A DNA stretch of 62,985 nucleotides, the filler included, from Octopus bimaculoides (lineage: Eukaryota), in the NCBI RefSeq assembly GCF_001194135.2. It is 6 parts of 6 records of this genome, joined end to end, with 100 filler letters (N's around TTAATTAATTAA, not from the genome) between each part and the next. Parts side by side here need not be neighbours in the genome. Positions count along the whole stretch, not along the records: positions 1 to 14,934 come from NC_068982.1; positions 15,035 to 19,920 come from NC_068995.1; positions 20,021 to 34,040 come from NC_068991.1; 3 more parts are not named here. One strand, written 5' to 3'. This document shows, one piece after another, positions 12,430 to 26,244 of this stretch (its first letter is position 1; every line of letters begins with the position of its first letter). Below the pieces are notes generated by a model. The model saw only the letters and a program-made list of their open reading frames with translations. It searched no databases and had not been told where the DNA came from. The position numbers and the translations under genes are program-made.

Positions 12430-12720
12430 TCTTTCACTTGTTTCGGTCAATTGGCTGCGGTCATGCTGGGGCACCACCTTAAAGAATCTTTATTCGAATG
12501 ATTCGACCTCAGTACTTAATTTTTTAAAGCTTGGTACTTATTCTATATACACATACGACGGGCTTGCTTATGTTTCCGTCTACCAAATCCACTCATAAGG
12601 GTTTGGTTAGCTAGAATCTATAGTGGAAAACACTTGTCCAAGATGCTACGCAGTGGAACTGAACCCAGAATCATGTAGTTGGGAAGCAAGTTTATTACCA
12701 CACAGCCACGCCTGCGCCTA
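12430..12720 (-). mobile_element. SINE family A with internal deletion
   Basis: Reverse complement carries the A head and A tail but lacks the GTCCCCC..TTACGTCCCC segment. Confidence 0.8.
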
Positions 12721-14057
12721 TATATATACATATACATACATACACACACACACACACATATATATATGTATATACATATATATACATANNNNNNNNNNNN
12801 NNNNNNNNNNNNNNNNNNNNNNNNNNNNNNNNNNNNNNNNNNNNNNNNNNNNNNNNNNNNNNNNNNNNNNNNNNNNNNNNNNNNNNNNNNNNNNNNNNNN
12901 NNNNNNNNNNNNNNNNNNNNNNNNNNNNNNNNNNNNNNNNNNNNNNNNNNNNNNNNNNNNNNNNNNNNNNNNNNNNNNNNNNNNNNNNNNNNNNNNNNNN
13001 NNNNNNNNNNNNNNNNNNNNNNNNNNNNNNNNNNNNNNNNNNNNNNNNNNNNNNNNNNNNNNNNNNNNNNNNNNNNNNNNNNNNNNNNNNNNNNNNNNNN
13101 NNNNNNNNNNNNNNNNNNNNNNNNNNNNNNNNNNNNNNNNNNNNNNNNNNNNNNNNNNNNNNNNNNNNNNNNNNNNNNNNNNNNNNNTATATATCCCTCT
13201 CGTATCAATATATTATATTGTTTTACTTTTCACGTTTGAGACTTGATGGGAAATGCCAGTTGGTTATTTAAATTGTGACTAATTTTATCGGGTACTCGTT
13301 TACTTCCTTCGGAAGATATTGACTTTTACACGTCACACCATCCTTCTTATTTCCGTGAATTCCCCTAAAGAGTAAAAAAAAAAAAAACAGCAGACGTAGA
13401 GAAAGCGTGGCAAAGAGGGGCAGTAATAAAAGCAGCAGACTTCAGAAAGCACTGTCCTCAGAGTACCTCCAGAAATCGTCTGGTCCTCATAGCCAAGACC
13501 TGGTGACTAGGGAGAACGCCGAGAAACTGAACAGGGTCCACGATTAGTAGTATCACCTTAAGTATCTTGCAAGAAAATGAGGACGGAAATGGAAGTTAGA
13601 ACAAGGTATAGAGAAACTGTCGGTGTCAGTGAAACTGAAATAAAACAGAAACAATAACGAGCTCAGATTGGTGACGAGGAGCGCCTAAAACGAATAAGCC
13701 ATCTCCTTATGGGACTGCATAAAATTCACTGTTGTAATAGAAAACGATGAACAGATGGAGTTAATAAACAAGCTGAAGGAAGAGTATGGACAATGGTGCT
13801 AATTTGCTGATGTACACACACATACACAGTGTACTGTTTGTTTGTTGGTGGGGGTTAACAAAGAAATTACTTAATCTAGCGAGAGATAAGCGTTATTTAA
13901 TGAAAAGCGGAGTTAGACATGAGCGGTTTCATGCAAGGTTGGTGGAGGGATCGGACGGCATAGTGTACCACGAACGATCCGGCAATCGTTTTATATAGCG
14001 ATACGAGTCTGTCCAATTACTGCAATATCCACACATAACCCTTATATTCATTAAACG

Positions 14058-14103
<46 letters not shown>

Positions 14104-14104
<1 letters not shown>

Positions 14105-14462
14105 GGCGTAGGAGTGACTGTGTGGTAAGTAGCTTGCTTACCAACCACATGGTTCCAGGTTCATCCCCACTGCGTGGCACCTTGGGCAAGTGTCTTCTAC
14201 TATTGCCTCGGGCCGACCAAAGCCTTGTGAGCGGATTTGGTAGATGGAAACTGAAAGAAGCCCGTCGTATATTTGGATGTATATATGTATGTGTGCGTGT
14301 GTGTCCCCCAACATCGCTTGACAACCGATGCTGGTGTAACTTACTGGTTCGGCAAAAAAGACCTATAGAATAAGTACTAGGCTTACAAAGAATAAGTCTC
14401 CAGCATGGCCACAATCAAATGACTGAAACAAGTAAAAGAGTAAAAGAGTAAAGAGTAAAGAA
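14104..14462 (+). mobile_element. SINE family A
   Basis: Head GGCGTAGGAGTGACTGTGTGGTAAG; tail ends in GTAAAAGA repeats. Confidence 0.9.
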
Positions 14463-14978
14463 AAGAGAGGGAGGAGGGGTAGATAAATAAAGAAAGGGGT
14501 GGAGCTTATGGTTATACATGTAACCGTTCTCAAGATATCAGTTTGGGCTGTGTTAATAATATAGGTATCATGTTAATATAGTATAGACGTGGGTAGCAAA
14601 TATATATACCTACCTAAGCACGCACGCACACGCACAAAACACAAGCACACACATACACACACATAGACGTGCGCACGCGCACAGATGTCTGTTTTGTGGT
14701 GACTAGTAGTAGACTAGATTTGTGTATATTAGGTTTAAAATGTGATAGCCAGACAGAAAGTAGGCACTGCCATTAGGTTAATGGTGTGGAGACGGTGGCG
14801 AGACTGGTGAGGTCGGTGGCTTGCTTAATTGCTGGTTGCGGTGGAAATAGTCGTAAAACCATTGTTGACTCGATTAATAACGAATATTTGTAAGTTGGAG
14901 AACAATATACATACATACATACATACATACATATNNNNNNNNNNNNNNNNNNNNNNNNNNNNNNNNNNNNNNNNNNNN

Positions 14979-14990
14979 TTAATTAATTAA
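14979..14990. other. Artificial scaffolding linker TTAATTAATTAA (also at 19965, 34085, 40265, 45513)
   Basis: Identical 12-mer, with stops in all six frames, flanked each time by 44 N on both sides. Confidence 0.97.
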
Positions 14991-15203
14991 NNNNNNNNNN
15001 NNNNNNNNNNNNNNNNNNNNNNNNNNNNNNNNNNTAGGGCCGAAACTGCCCCTGGGGGTCAATTCCTGCCCTTGAAAATACACACAAATGAAGCCTAGGT
15101 GCTTCGCAACAAAATTATTAAAAAATTCCAACAAAATGTGGACAGTAAAAGGTCAAATAAACGTTTACCTTCGCAGCCGATGTGACAGCACGTCCGTGAG
15201 AAG

Positions 15204-15274
<71 letters not shown>

Positions 15275-15384
15275 GATGGATGGATGGATGGATGGATGGA
15301 TGGATGGATGGATGGATGGATGGACAGATAGATGGCTAGATAGAGAGACAAATAGATAGATAGAAAGATAGATAGACAGACAGA

Positions 15385-16184
15385 GTGAACTTGCAGTTAA
15401 ACAACTGAGATTGACAAACAGAGACAGGCCAATTCTATTGCAAAACAATACTCGAGTACACGTTGCACAAAGAACGCTACTCAAGTTACAGGAACTGAAC
15501 TTGGAAGTACTCTGTCATCCACCATATCACGTTTTCGAAATATTAGACAACTTTTTGCAGGGAAAAGACTTCAAATCTGAAGAAGATGCAAGAACAGCTT
15601 TCCGTGATTTCATCATCTCTTGCTCTCCAGAATTCTTAGCTGCTGGAATAAATTTGTCGTTGGCACTCCGTCGCTTACGACGTCGAGGGTTCCAGTTGAT
15701 CCTATCAACGGAACAGCCTGCTTGTGAAATTAACATACAAGTGGCTGAGCACTCCACAGACACGTGTACCCTTAACGTAGTTCTCGGAGGAGATTCAGCG
15801 TGACACAGTGTGACAAGGCTGACCCTTTGACTCACAGGCACAACAGAAACAGGAAGTAAGAGTGAGAGAAAGTTGTGGTGAAAGAGTACAGCAGGGTTCG
15901 CCACCATCCCCTGCCGGATCCTCGTGGAGCTTTTAGGTGTTTTCGCTCAATAAACACTCACAACGCCCTGTCTGGGAATCGAAACCGCGATCCTATGACC
16001 GCAAGTCCGCTGCCCTAACCACTGGGCCATTGCGCCTCCTCTGGAATAAATAAGCAACCGATAAAATGTCAAAATTGTGTTGATAATATAGGGGCATACT
16101 TTGATTAACAGCATTGGTTTTTGTTGAGATAAAGTAAAATAATTTCAGTTCAAAATCGGACGTTTCATTCTTAATGACCTGATA
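15385..16184 (+). mobile_element. Mariner transposon 3' remnant (Hsmar1/cecropia-like), split by a SINE
   Basis: Translates NRDRPILLQNNTRVHVAQRTLLKLQELNLEVLCHPPY...LDNFLQGKDF...GIN, then after the SINE KQPIKCQNCVDNIGAYFD*. Ends GACCTGA-TA. The SPDL..D region is deleted. Confidence 0.85.
15654..16040 (-). mobile_element. SINE family C, full length, with 11-bp target-site duplication
   Basis: CTGGAATAAAT occurs at 15643-15653 and 16041-16051. Confidence 0.95.
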
Positions 16185-16659
16185 CTGACAGCTTTAGTAC
16201 TTCGGCCGTGGACAAATATTAGAAACGAAGTTGTCAACTATTTGGCTGCTAGTCTGTCATCACTGACCAGTTGATCCCTGTCTCTGCAATCTCTACTGAA
16301 TTAGATAACACTACTGCCTTCTCAAGGCATTGACAAATAACGTCACACTATTTAAATTTCTATCTATCGAACCGTCATGCAGGTTTCTCATGAGATCCAA
16401 CGATTCAAAGGTTTAAGAATAACAAAACTGAATAATCGTTAAAAAGTCCATTAATTTTCTCTGCGTAATTGAAGTAAATTGATTTCGGCAGGGAATCGAA
16501 ACTGAATCACACGAACCTGTTACCCTTCCCTAAACGTTCAAATACTTTCAAAATACTTTATTCCGTGATTGCAGGTGATTCAATTTGGCCAAATGATATT
16601 AAAGAAAGCCATAAGAACTTCTTGTTATTTCAAGGATAGGTTTCTTTATTTAACACGCT

Positions 16660-16898
16660 CTCTCTCTCACTCTCCCTCTCTCACTCCCTCTCTCTTTCCC
16701 TCCTTCTCTCTCTCTCTCTCTCTTCCTTCTCTCTTTCTCTCCCTTCCAATCTCTTTGCTTTCCTCGTCTTTCCTCACTCTTTTAACTCTGTCTTTCTTTC
16801 TTTGTTCTCAGTTTTTGTCTCTCTTACTCTCTTCTTGTTCTTCTTTCTTCGCTCATCACTCCTCTCTCTACTCACTCTCCTCTATCTCTCGCTATCTG

Positions 16899-16953
<55 letters not shown>

Positions 16954-17430
16954 NNNNNNNNNNNNNNNNNNNNNNNNNNNNNNNNNNNNNNNNNNNNNNN
17001 NNNNNNNNNNNNNNNNNNNNNNNNNNNNNNNNNNNNNNNNNNNNNNNNNNNNNNNNNNNNNNNNNNNNNNNNNNNNNNNNNNNNNNNNNNNNNNNNNNNN
17101 NNNNNNNNNNNNNNNNNNNNNNNNNNNNNNNNNNNNNNNNNNNNNNNNNNNNNNNNNNNNNNNNNNNNNNNNNNNNNNNNNNNNNNNNNNNNNNNNNNNN
17201 NNNNNNNNNNNNNNNNNNNNNNNNNNNNNNNNNNNNNNNNNNNNNNNNNNNNNNNNNNNNNNNNNNNNNNNNNNNNNNNNNNNNNNNNNNNNNNNNNNNN
17301 NNNNNNNNNNNNNNNNNNNNNNNNNNNNNNNNNNNNNNNNNNNNNNNNNNNNNNNNNNNNNNNNNNNNNNNNNNNNNNNNNNNNNNNNNNNNNNNCTCTC
17401 CCTTTCAACTCTAATCTTTCTCTCTTTCCT
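16660..17430. repeat. (CT)n-rich polypyrimidine tract with gap
   Basis: Direct reading. Confidence 0.9.
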
Positions 17431-17740
17431 TCCAACTTCATTTTATGCTTTCTTCTCTATATTTTCAAGCATTCTTAATTACGTTTATTGATTAATTTGT
17501 CCCATTTACAAAAATGTGTGTGTATGTGTGTGTGTGTGTGTAAGAGAAAGCGAAAAAGACAAACAGGCAGAGTGACCGACAGACAGACAGGTAGACAGAA
17601 AGACAAACAGACAAGCATACAGACAGATCGTGTGTTTGAGTGAGTCTAAGTGTAAAAGAGAGGGCGTATGTGTGTGTGTGATTAGAGAGAAAGTGCGTGT
17701 GATTGTAATAGAGCGTTTATATATGGCTATGAGAAATAGG

Positions 17741-17796
<56 letters not shown>

Positions 17797-18361
17797 TGAA
17801 TGTGTGATACAGCACAGGGTAAAGACAAGTTACGTGTATGAATGAAAGAACGGTGAAGGTGTGTGTGTGTGTGTGTGTGTGTATACTGTAAGAGTGAGAA
17901 TATTTGTGTGTGAAGAGAGAGAAAGAGAGAGAGAGATAGAGAGAGAGAGAGATAGAGATAGAGAGAGATAGAGAGAGAGAGAATGTGTGTGAAAAAGCTT
18001 ATGTGATTGTCTGTGTGTACTCGTATGTGTGTATACGTGTGAAAAAGCGACATGTCTCTGTCGATGCGTATATCTGTGCGTGTGTGTGTATGTGTGTGTA
18101 TGTGTGTATGTGTGTGTGTATATATGTGTATGTGTATGTGTTTATGTGCGTGTGTGTATGTGTGTGTGCGCGTGGTAGTGTGTTTACGGCTAAATTGATG
18201 TGCCATATTATAAATGACGGATAGCAAAAATTTCACATATTTCTAAAGACACAAAAGACTGCTTTTTTTTATTTTTCTTCGATTTTCCGTCTTTTCAATT
18301 TCTACTAATAGTTTTAACGTGTTCCTTGCTACCATCACCACCACCACACTACTGCTTAGTG

Positions 18362-18402
<41 letters not shown>

Positions 18403-18494
18403 TGTAGTAGTAGTAGTAGTAGTAGTACAAACACTCATGCTATTACTACTACTACGAATACTATTACTATTTTTTTATTATATTTTTATTATTA

Positions 18495-18546
<52 letters not shown>

Positions 18547-20292
18547 TGTTACTGTCTTGGACACTATTGATTTTTGATATTGGCAATAGGACACACGCTT
18601 CTTTTTTTAGGGTGCGGAGGATGGTGCCAATTTTGCTAGAAACCAAAAGCAAAGTACTTCGCTTGCCTTTTTATTTTATCGATCTTGTCGGAATTTGAAC
18701 TCGAAACATTAAACGAAGTAAATAAACGGTGATTTATAGCATAGGTACAAAAATCATAAATTTTGGTGGATGGTNNNNNNNNNNNNNNNNNNNNNNNNNN
18801 NNNNNNNNNNNNNNNNNNNNNNNNNNNNNNNNNNNNNNNNNNNNNNNNNNNNNNNNNNNNNNNNNNNNNNNNNNNNNNNNNNNNNNNNNNNNNNNNNNNN
18901 NNNNNNNNNNNNNNNNNNNNNNNNNNNNNNNNNNNNNNNNNNNNNNNNNNNNNNNNNNNNNNNNNNNNNNNNNNNNNNNNNNNNNNNNNNNNNNNNNNNN
19001 NNNNNNNNNNNNNNNNNNNNNNNNNNNNNNNNNNNNNNNNNNNNNNNNNNNNNNNNNNNNNNNNNNNNNNNNNCCCCCCCCCCTTGCACCCTTGCCACCA
19101 ACCACATCCTTCCTTCCAGTCAATTCAACATGTGAAACTGTTAATTCATCGCGTTTTGTCTTTTGTTTCTCCCTCCGATTTCTTTCTTCTCGCCATGTTT
19201 TTTTTCCTCGTTCCATTCCGTAGAAGAGCGCAGGCCTGAAACATCGACGACTCTTCCATCGTTCCTCACTGTCACACTAGTATACTCTTGAGTGTTGTTC
19301 CTTCAATTCTGCCTGTCTACTGGGGTTTTTTTTTTTTTTTGGTATTCTTTTCTTTATTGTACATTTTGAACTATAATATAGATACATACATGCATACAAA
19401 CACGCACGCGCACACACACATATATATATATATATAAGCAAATCACGCTTGATTGCCAGTGACTGTCAATACTTCAAATAATTCACTCATATATACATAC
19501 ATACACAGACACACATATATATATGTATGTACGTACGTATGTATATATGTATGTATTTATGTATGTATGTATGTACGTATGTTTGTATGTGTGTATGTAT
19601 GAATGCATGTATGTATGTATGTATGTATGTATGTATGTATGTATGTATGTATGTATGTGTGTATGTATGCATGTATAGAAAAGAACGCAAAGGGCAGCTT
19701 TCTTAGAGTTAAGTTTGTTTTAGAAAATTCGTTTAACTGTAGTGACACACAAAATGATGCCGTCTAGATCACGGTTCGTTTAGCAGATAGATAAAACGAA
19801 TCTCTAACACACACACATACACATACGCACACACACACACAAACACACATGAACGCACGCATACTTACAAATATACTCATAAATGTATATCTACATACAT
19901 AGAGGCATACACACGTCCATNNNNNNNNNNNNNNNNNNNNNNNNNNNNNNNNNNNNNNNNNNNNTTAATTAATTAANNNNNNNNNNNNNNNNNNNNNNNN
20001 NNNNNNNNNNNNNNNNNNNNTATATATATATATATATATATTAACGCATATGTGTATATAAATACATACATACATGCATACGTATATGTATTTATGTAAT
20101 TGTTGTCGCTGTAATACCAACATCAAACCGCGACACCGCGTGACCTTTCTTGACCAATCGCAGGCTAAAGTCCAATAATAAACATTGACTCTTTTCAATC
20201 AAACTCTCATTCAGACTCCAATGGCCAAAGACTAGTGATACGCATGAAACTCAAATTACCAAGGAGTTTGAAACAAACTATTTTGATATATA

Positions 20293-21036
20293 TTTAAAAG
20301 AATAAGGATAAAAATCACGTCAATGATTTTTATCAAGTAGTCAGCTTGATATAAAAAATTTATAGGCAATTAATTCATTGAATTAATAATGATGGACATA
20401 AGTATATAATTATATCAAGGAAGCTAGGGCGAAAACGATTTGTCTCCAGCATGCTTGAGGTACCGATACCTTGAAAAAACTACCAAAAACTTCAGCTAAA
20501 TATACATCTGGCCAAAAGCGGGCTAGTGAATGAAAATTAAAAAGACCTCACGTTAATTGTGAAATGGTTTTAATTTCTAACCCAAAAATCAGCTTTTTTT
20601 CCTTCATGAACACAATAGACGGGGAGGGGAAATATAAGTCTAAATAACTGTACATACCGTCCAAAGCAAGACCACACGTCTACATATAAATATTTGCACG
20701 TATAACCCTAAGGAAAGTCAATTTTTAAATCCACTCACGACAGCCAACGTGTATATTATAGGAATAGTCAAGCAGTAAATGCTCTTCCGGTCAGGAGTAA
20801 ATTGAATTTAAATTATTTATTAATTCTTAAAAGAATATAAGGATAAAAATCACGTTTATGATTTTTATTAAGTAATCAGTATGCTATAAAAATCTATAGG
20901 CAATTAATACATTAATAATAATGTACATAAGTATATAATTATATGAAGGGAGATAGGGCGAGACAGGTCGTTTTCACACTATCTAACTTGATATATATAT
21001 ACTTACATACATACTTACACTTACACACACACATAC

Positions 21037-21068
<32 letters not shown>

Positions 21069-21315
21069 NNNNNNNNNNNNNNNNNNNNNNNNNNNNNNNN
21101 NNNNNNNNNNNNNNNNNNNNNNNNNNNNNNNNNNNNNNNNNNNNNNNNNNNNNNNNNNNNNNNNNNNNNNNNNNNNNNNNNNNNNNNNNNNNNNNNNNNN
21201 NNNNNNNNNNNNNNNNNNNNNNNNNNNNNNNNNNNNNNNNNNNNNNNNNNNNNNNNNNNNNNNNNNNNNNNNNNNNNNNNNNNNNNNNNNNNNNNNNNNN
21301 NNNNNNNNNNNNNNN

Positions 21316-21346
<31 letters not shown>

Positions 21347-22926
21347 ATGTATGCATGTATGTATGTATGTATGTATGTATGTATGTATATATATATATAT
21401 ATATATGAATATGTGTAACTTGTATGTACATGTATAGATGTGTATGTGTGAGTGTTGGGGGTGTATGTGCGTATGTTGTACAGATATACATACGCGCGCG
21501 AAATATCGAAAATATAACGAAAATATTTTCGTGTGAAATGCATCTTAGCAAAGAGCTCGATGAACATAAATATATTCATGGCTAGAGCAATAACATAAGG
21601 AAATAATGATGGGTAATTGAAAAGACAGTAGAATATATATATTCATGTCATGTATATCAAAGTAAATATGTTCTCTGTTTATATATATCTTATAATAATG
21701 TATGATGATTTGTTTACGTGCATATGTATAGAATTTTAAATAGTAGTTGCTCATAAAATATATATACATATTTATGCAAATCTTGACACAGATCTCTATG
21801 TGTATGAATGCAAATTTTTATTGTGGACCCGTCCCACCTTCAGTTACGTGTCCTTCACAACCGTTGCTACGATGATCCCCCTCACTACTACTAATCTTAA
21901 TTGCAGCGACTGCTGGAACCCATCCTCACCTCTACCACCAGCTTCACTTTTCCTACCACCATTATGATGCCCACCAGTATCACGAACAACAATAAAAAAT
22001 ACAAGATGTCTCCCTTCAATTTATGAGGCATTGCACATCAAATTGCTATATGATGAAAATTTGAAGCAATGCACATAGAAATACATTAGATATTAAATGA
22101 TATAAGAAAATATAGACATTATATATCAATATATCACACCTCAAACTATTAATTTACGCCAGTGCATGGCCACAGCCTTAGGGTTGAAATGTATAAAATA
22201 ATAACACACTTGGAAATATAAAAATTTAGTCGAAATCTAAAGTGTTACACATCAAAATATGAAATAATACACGTACGCGTATATTATTACACATTCAGGT
22301 ATTCACATTACGCATTGAGGTATTCACATTACACACGCATTCATATTACTCACTCTAATATTCACAATACATACTCAAGAATTCATATTCCGCACTGAAG
22401 AATTCATATTTCACACTCAAGTATTCACATTACACATATAAGCATTCACATTGCACACTCACGTATACACATTACTCCCTCAAGTATTCACATTACACAG
22501 AACAAATACATCCACACACACACGCACATATTACTCCTGTATGTATGGGCATTATACATATATGAAAGAAATTGTATACAGTGCGCAGGTGCACTACAAC
22601 TAAAAAAAAAAAAAAAGCCATCAGGTGTACTGTTGGCGCATTTCAGGAAGCATGGAAGTTTTGAAGGTTGTAGTGTCTCGACAGCTAACGACTGATGCGT
22701 GAGGTCTTTTTAATTTTCCTTCACTAGCTCGCTTTCAGCCAGAGATATATTTAGCTGAAGTTTTTGGTAGTTTTTTGAAGGTATCGGCACTTCAAGCATG
22801 CTGGAGACAGGTCGTTTTCGCCCTAGCTTCCTTGATATAATTATATACTTATGTACATTATTAATTCAATGTAGTTATTGCCTATAAATTTTTTTATAGC
22901 AAGCTGACTACTTGATAAAAATCATT
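20293..22926. repeat. Three fragments of one interspersed repeat (20293-20552 +, 20827-20975 +, 22698-22926 -)
   Basis: Shared ATGATTTTTAT.AAGTA.TCAG...GTACATAAGTATATAATTATAT.AAGG; the third copy is inverted. Confidence 0.85.
22297..22500. repeat. 21-bp minisatellite, about 10 degenerate units (approx. CAAGTATTCACATTACACACT)
   Basis: ATTCA(C/T)ATT recurs at about 21-bp spacing. Confidence 0.8.
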
Positions 22927-23589
22927 CTGAGCGTGAAAAAAATGTTTCCGAAAGTTGTGGGTGCTGTATTGCTTTTGATTTTGTGAGCATGACCACGAAC
23001 GTTTGACATATGGAATTCAAAAAGGTGCCCAAGGTTGTTGTTGGAAAGATGGTATTACAAATATATGGTATTGCGCTTCGAAATGTAAGGTACTGTACAT
23101 CAAATTGCAATGTAACTAATCAAAATAAATGTATTAAATATCCACATATAAAACATTGCCTCACAAAATACAGTGATACCTCGCAGTACGAGTTTAGTTA
23201 GTTCCATGATTGAGCTCGGCTTACGCTTTACTCGTTTTACAAATCAATTTTCCCCATTGAAATTAACTAAAATAAAATTAATCCCCTCCAGCCCCCCAAA
23301 CGACTCAAAAATGATTTTTTATGGGTTTAAAAAAAGAAAAGGTGTAGTTACAAGTAAAATGGCAATTATAAAAAAGAGAATGGAAAAGAAATATGTAAAC
23401 AGGTTTTATTAACTGAATTGATTTAAAGATGGGATGATTTGTGTGCTCGTACTACGGATTTCTACTCGTACTCCGAGACAAAAATTCGCACGAGTCTCGG
23501 CTCGTACAGCAAATTACTCGTACTGCGAGGTTCTACTGAATTTCATGTAATAACTCTGAGGTTTTACATGACAGAATGTACTATTTTTA

Positions 23590-23776
23590 CATACTGGAAT
23601 GTAAGATGCCATTCACAAAATGGTAAGGAATTACATACGGAAATATAGGGCAGTGTACGCCGACCGGTAAGGAACTACACGCTGGCATATAAGACACTAT
23701 ACACAAAATAAGGAACTGCTGACTGGAATCTAAGACTCTTTAAACGAAATGGTAAGAAACTAGAATATAAGGCAGT
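23590..23776. repeat. Degenerate tandem repeat, about 45-50-bp unit
   Basis: Recurring (G/A)TAAG(G/A)AA(C/T)T...(C)TGG(A/C)AT.TAAG. Confidence 0.5.
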
Positions 23777-24139
23777 TTGCAGCAGGAGCAAACACAAAAC
23801 AAAATGATAATAAGAATATTTGTTGAGTTAATCTCGCCTGCCTTAGCCTGCAGCTCCCAAACCTATTTCGTTTAACCACAAACCTGCCCTTTGGCTTCGT
23901 TTCTCTAATCCGTCTTCACGTTGGAATCAATTTGTTCCAACACCCACACATCCACTAATTCACTTTCAATGCCAGCCTATTTCACCGAACTCCCGCCCGC
24001 CAGCCCGTTAGCCCGCCAGCCCATCCCCTCCACCACTTCTTTTCCGTCTCTTTCACTTCCATCCATCTTTGCCCACTCCTCTCTCACTTTCGCTCTCCCT
24101 TCGCCCCCGATTCTATTCCTCATACACACACTTCCTTTC

Positions 24140-24362
24140 CCCCGCTCTTTCTCTCTTTCTCTCTCTCTCTTTTTTTCTCTCTCTCTTTTATCTCTCTCTC
24201 TCTTTCTTTCTTTCTTTCTCTCTCTCTCTCCTTCCCCTCTCTCTCTCTCCTTCTCCTCTCTCTCTCTCTCTTTCTTTCTTTCTCTCTCTCTTTCTCTGTC
24301 TCTTTCTCTCTCTCTCTCTTTCTCTCCCTCTCTCTCTTTCTCTCTCTCCCTCTTTCTTTCTC

Positions 24363-24413
<51 letters not shown>

Positions 24414-24620
24414 CTCTCTCTCTCTCCTTCCCCTCTCTCTTTCTTTCTTTCTCTCTCTCTATCTCTCTCTCTTTCTCTCTCTCTCTTCTTTCTCTCTTTC
24501 TTTCTCTCTCTCTTTCTCTCTCTCTCTTTCTTTCTCTCTCTTTCTTTCTCTCTCTTTCTTTCTCTCTCTCTCTTTCTTTCTCTCTGTATTTATTATCTCT
24601 CTCTCTCTCTCTCTCTCACA
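24140..24620. repeat. Long (CT)n/(CTTT)n polypyrimidine tract
   Basis: Direct reading. Confidence 0.95.
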
Positions 24621-25236
24621 TAGACATATATACACGCACAAACACATACACATTCACGTACACACCCACACAAACATAAACACACGTACATCTACGCTAT
24701 CTTTAGTTCACTTCATTTCTATGTGTGCCATCAACAAACACCGGAACACCAACTCCACCTCTTTCGACGGTGATCTTCGCCACCAACGTCATACTACAAC
24801 AATAAAAAAGAAAACAACAAAAAAACCCCACCTCCACTGCCAACCTTACCGACGATTAAAACCACGGCTAGCAATGTTACGAACCGTTGAAATCATCGTC
24901 ACCACCACCATTTGCTCCACCGTCCCCAGTTCCACCAGTTCCACTACCACCACCACCACCACCACCACCACTACCACCACCGCTACCACTATTATCAATG
25001 ACACTAACATCAACACCAAAATTAACAATGATAACCCTACTACTATTACTATTATTGGCCATTCATACTAAATATAAGACGACTACCACCGGCGCTACTA
25101 CCATGACCACCACTATCATCACCATCACTGTCAATGACGCCAGCATTAACACCACCAATTCCCTTATCATACTGCCATTTATGCTGACAGTATGACTACT
25201 GCCGCCATTAATACAGCGACCGCCATCATTACCACC

Positions 25237-25292
<56 letters not shown>

Positions 25293-26244
25293 CACCACCN
25301 NNNNNNNNNNNNNNNNNNNNNNNNNNNNNNNNNNNNNNNNNNNNNNNNNNNNNNNNNNNNNNNNNNNNNNNNNNNNNNNNNNNNNNNNNNNNNNNNNNNN
25401 NNNNNNNNNNNNNNNNNNNNNNNNNNNNNNNNNNNNNNNNNNNNNNNNNNNNNNNNNNNNNNNNNNNNNNNNNNNNNNNNNNNNNNNNNNNNNNNNNNNN
25501 NNNNNNNNNNNNNNNNNNNNNNNNNNNNNNNNNNNNNNNNNNNNNNNNNNNNNNNNNNNNNNNNNNNNNNNNNNNNNNNNNNNNNNNNNNNNNNNNNNNN
25601 NNNNNNNNNNNNNNNNNNNNNNNNNNNNNNNNNNNNNNNNNNNNNNNNNNNNNNNNNNNNNNNNNNNNNNNNNNNNNNNNNNNNNNNNNNNNNNNNNNNN
25701 NNNNNNNNNNNNNNNNNNNNNNNNNNNNNNNNNNNNNNNNNNNNNNNNNNNNNNNNNNNNNNNNNNNNNNNNNNNNNNNNNNNNNNNNNNNNNNNNNNNN
25801 NNNNNNNNNNNNNNNNNNNNNNNNNNNNNNNNNNNNNNNNNNNNNNNNNNNNNNNNNNNNNNNNNNNNNNNNNNNNNNNNNNNNNNNNNNNNNNNNNNNN
25901 NNNNNNNNNNNNNNNNNNNNNNNNNNNNNNNNNNNNNNNNNNNNAATGACTCTAACAGCAGCACCACCAACACTACCATTCGTACAAAATACATGGCCAC
26001 AAACACCATCATCGCCACCACCACCATTAAAACACCAATATAACGAACCACTGAGTCTCTACAGAGTTAAATCCCCCTCACATCAAACATTATAAATGGA
26101 ATTCAAAATTCATTTACGAAAAGGAGCGTTAATGTTCGTAATTTTTTCGTAATATACTTTTGTGTTAATGATATCCGGAAGTGATATCGAATGCGTTATA
26201 TATACTTTCAGTGTGTAGCGTATTTACCTTTACAGGTGTCTCCT

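Noticed and set aside
14935-15034. TTAATTAATTAA recurring five times as a possible biological motif
   Set aside because: Always centred in 44N+12+44N = 100 bp; it is a six-frame-stop scaffolding linker.
22297-22500. CRISPR-like array
   Set aside because: Eukaryotic context, no unique spacers and no cas genes; it is a head-to-tail minisatellite.
24887-25195. Pro/Thr-rich mucin-like ORFs
   Set aside because: Built from (ACC)n/(ACT)n trinucleotide repeats, with no splice or domain evidence.
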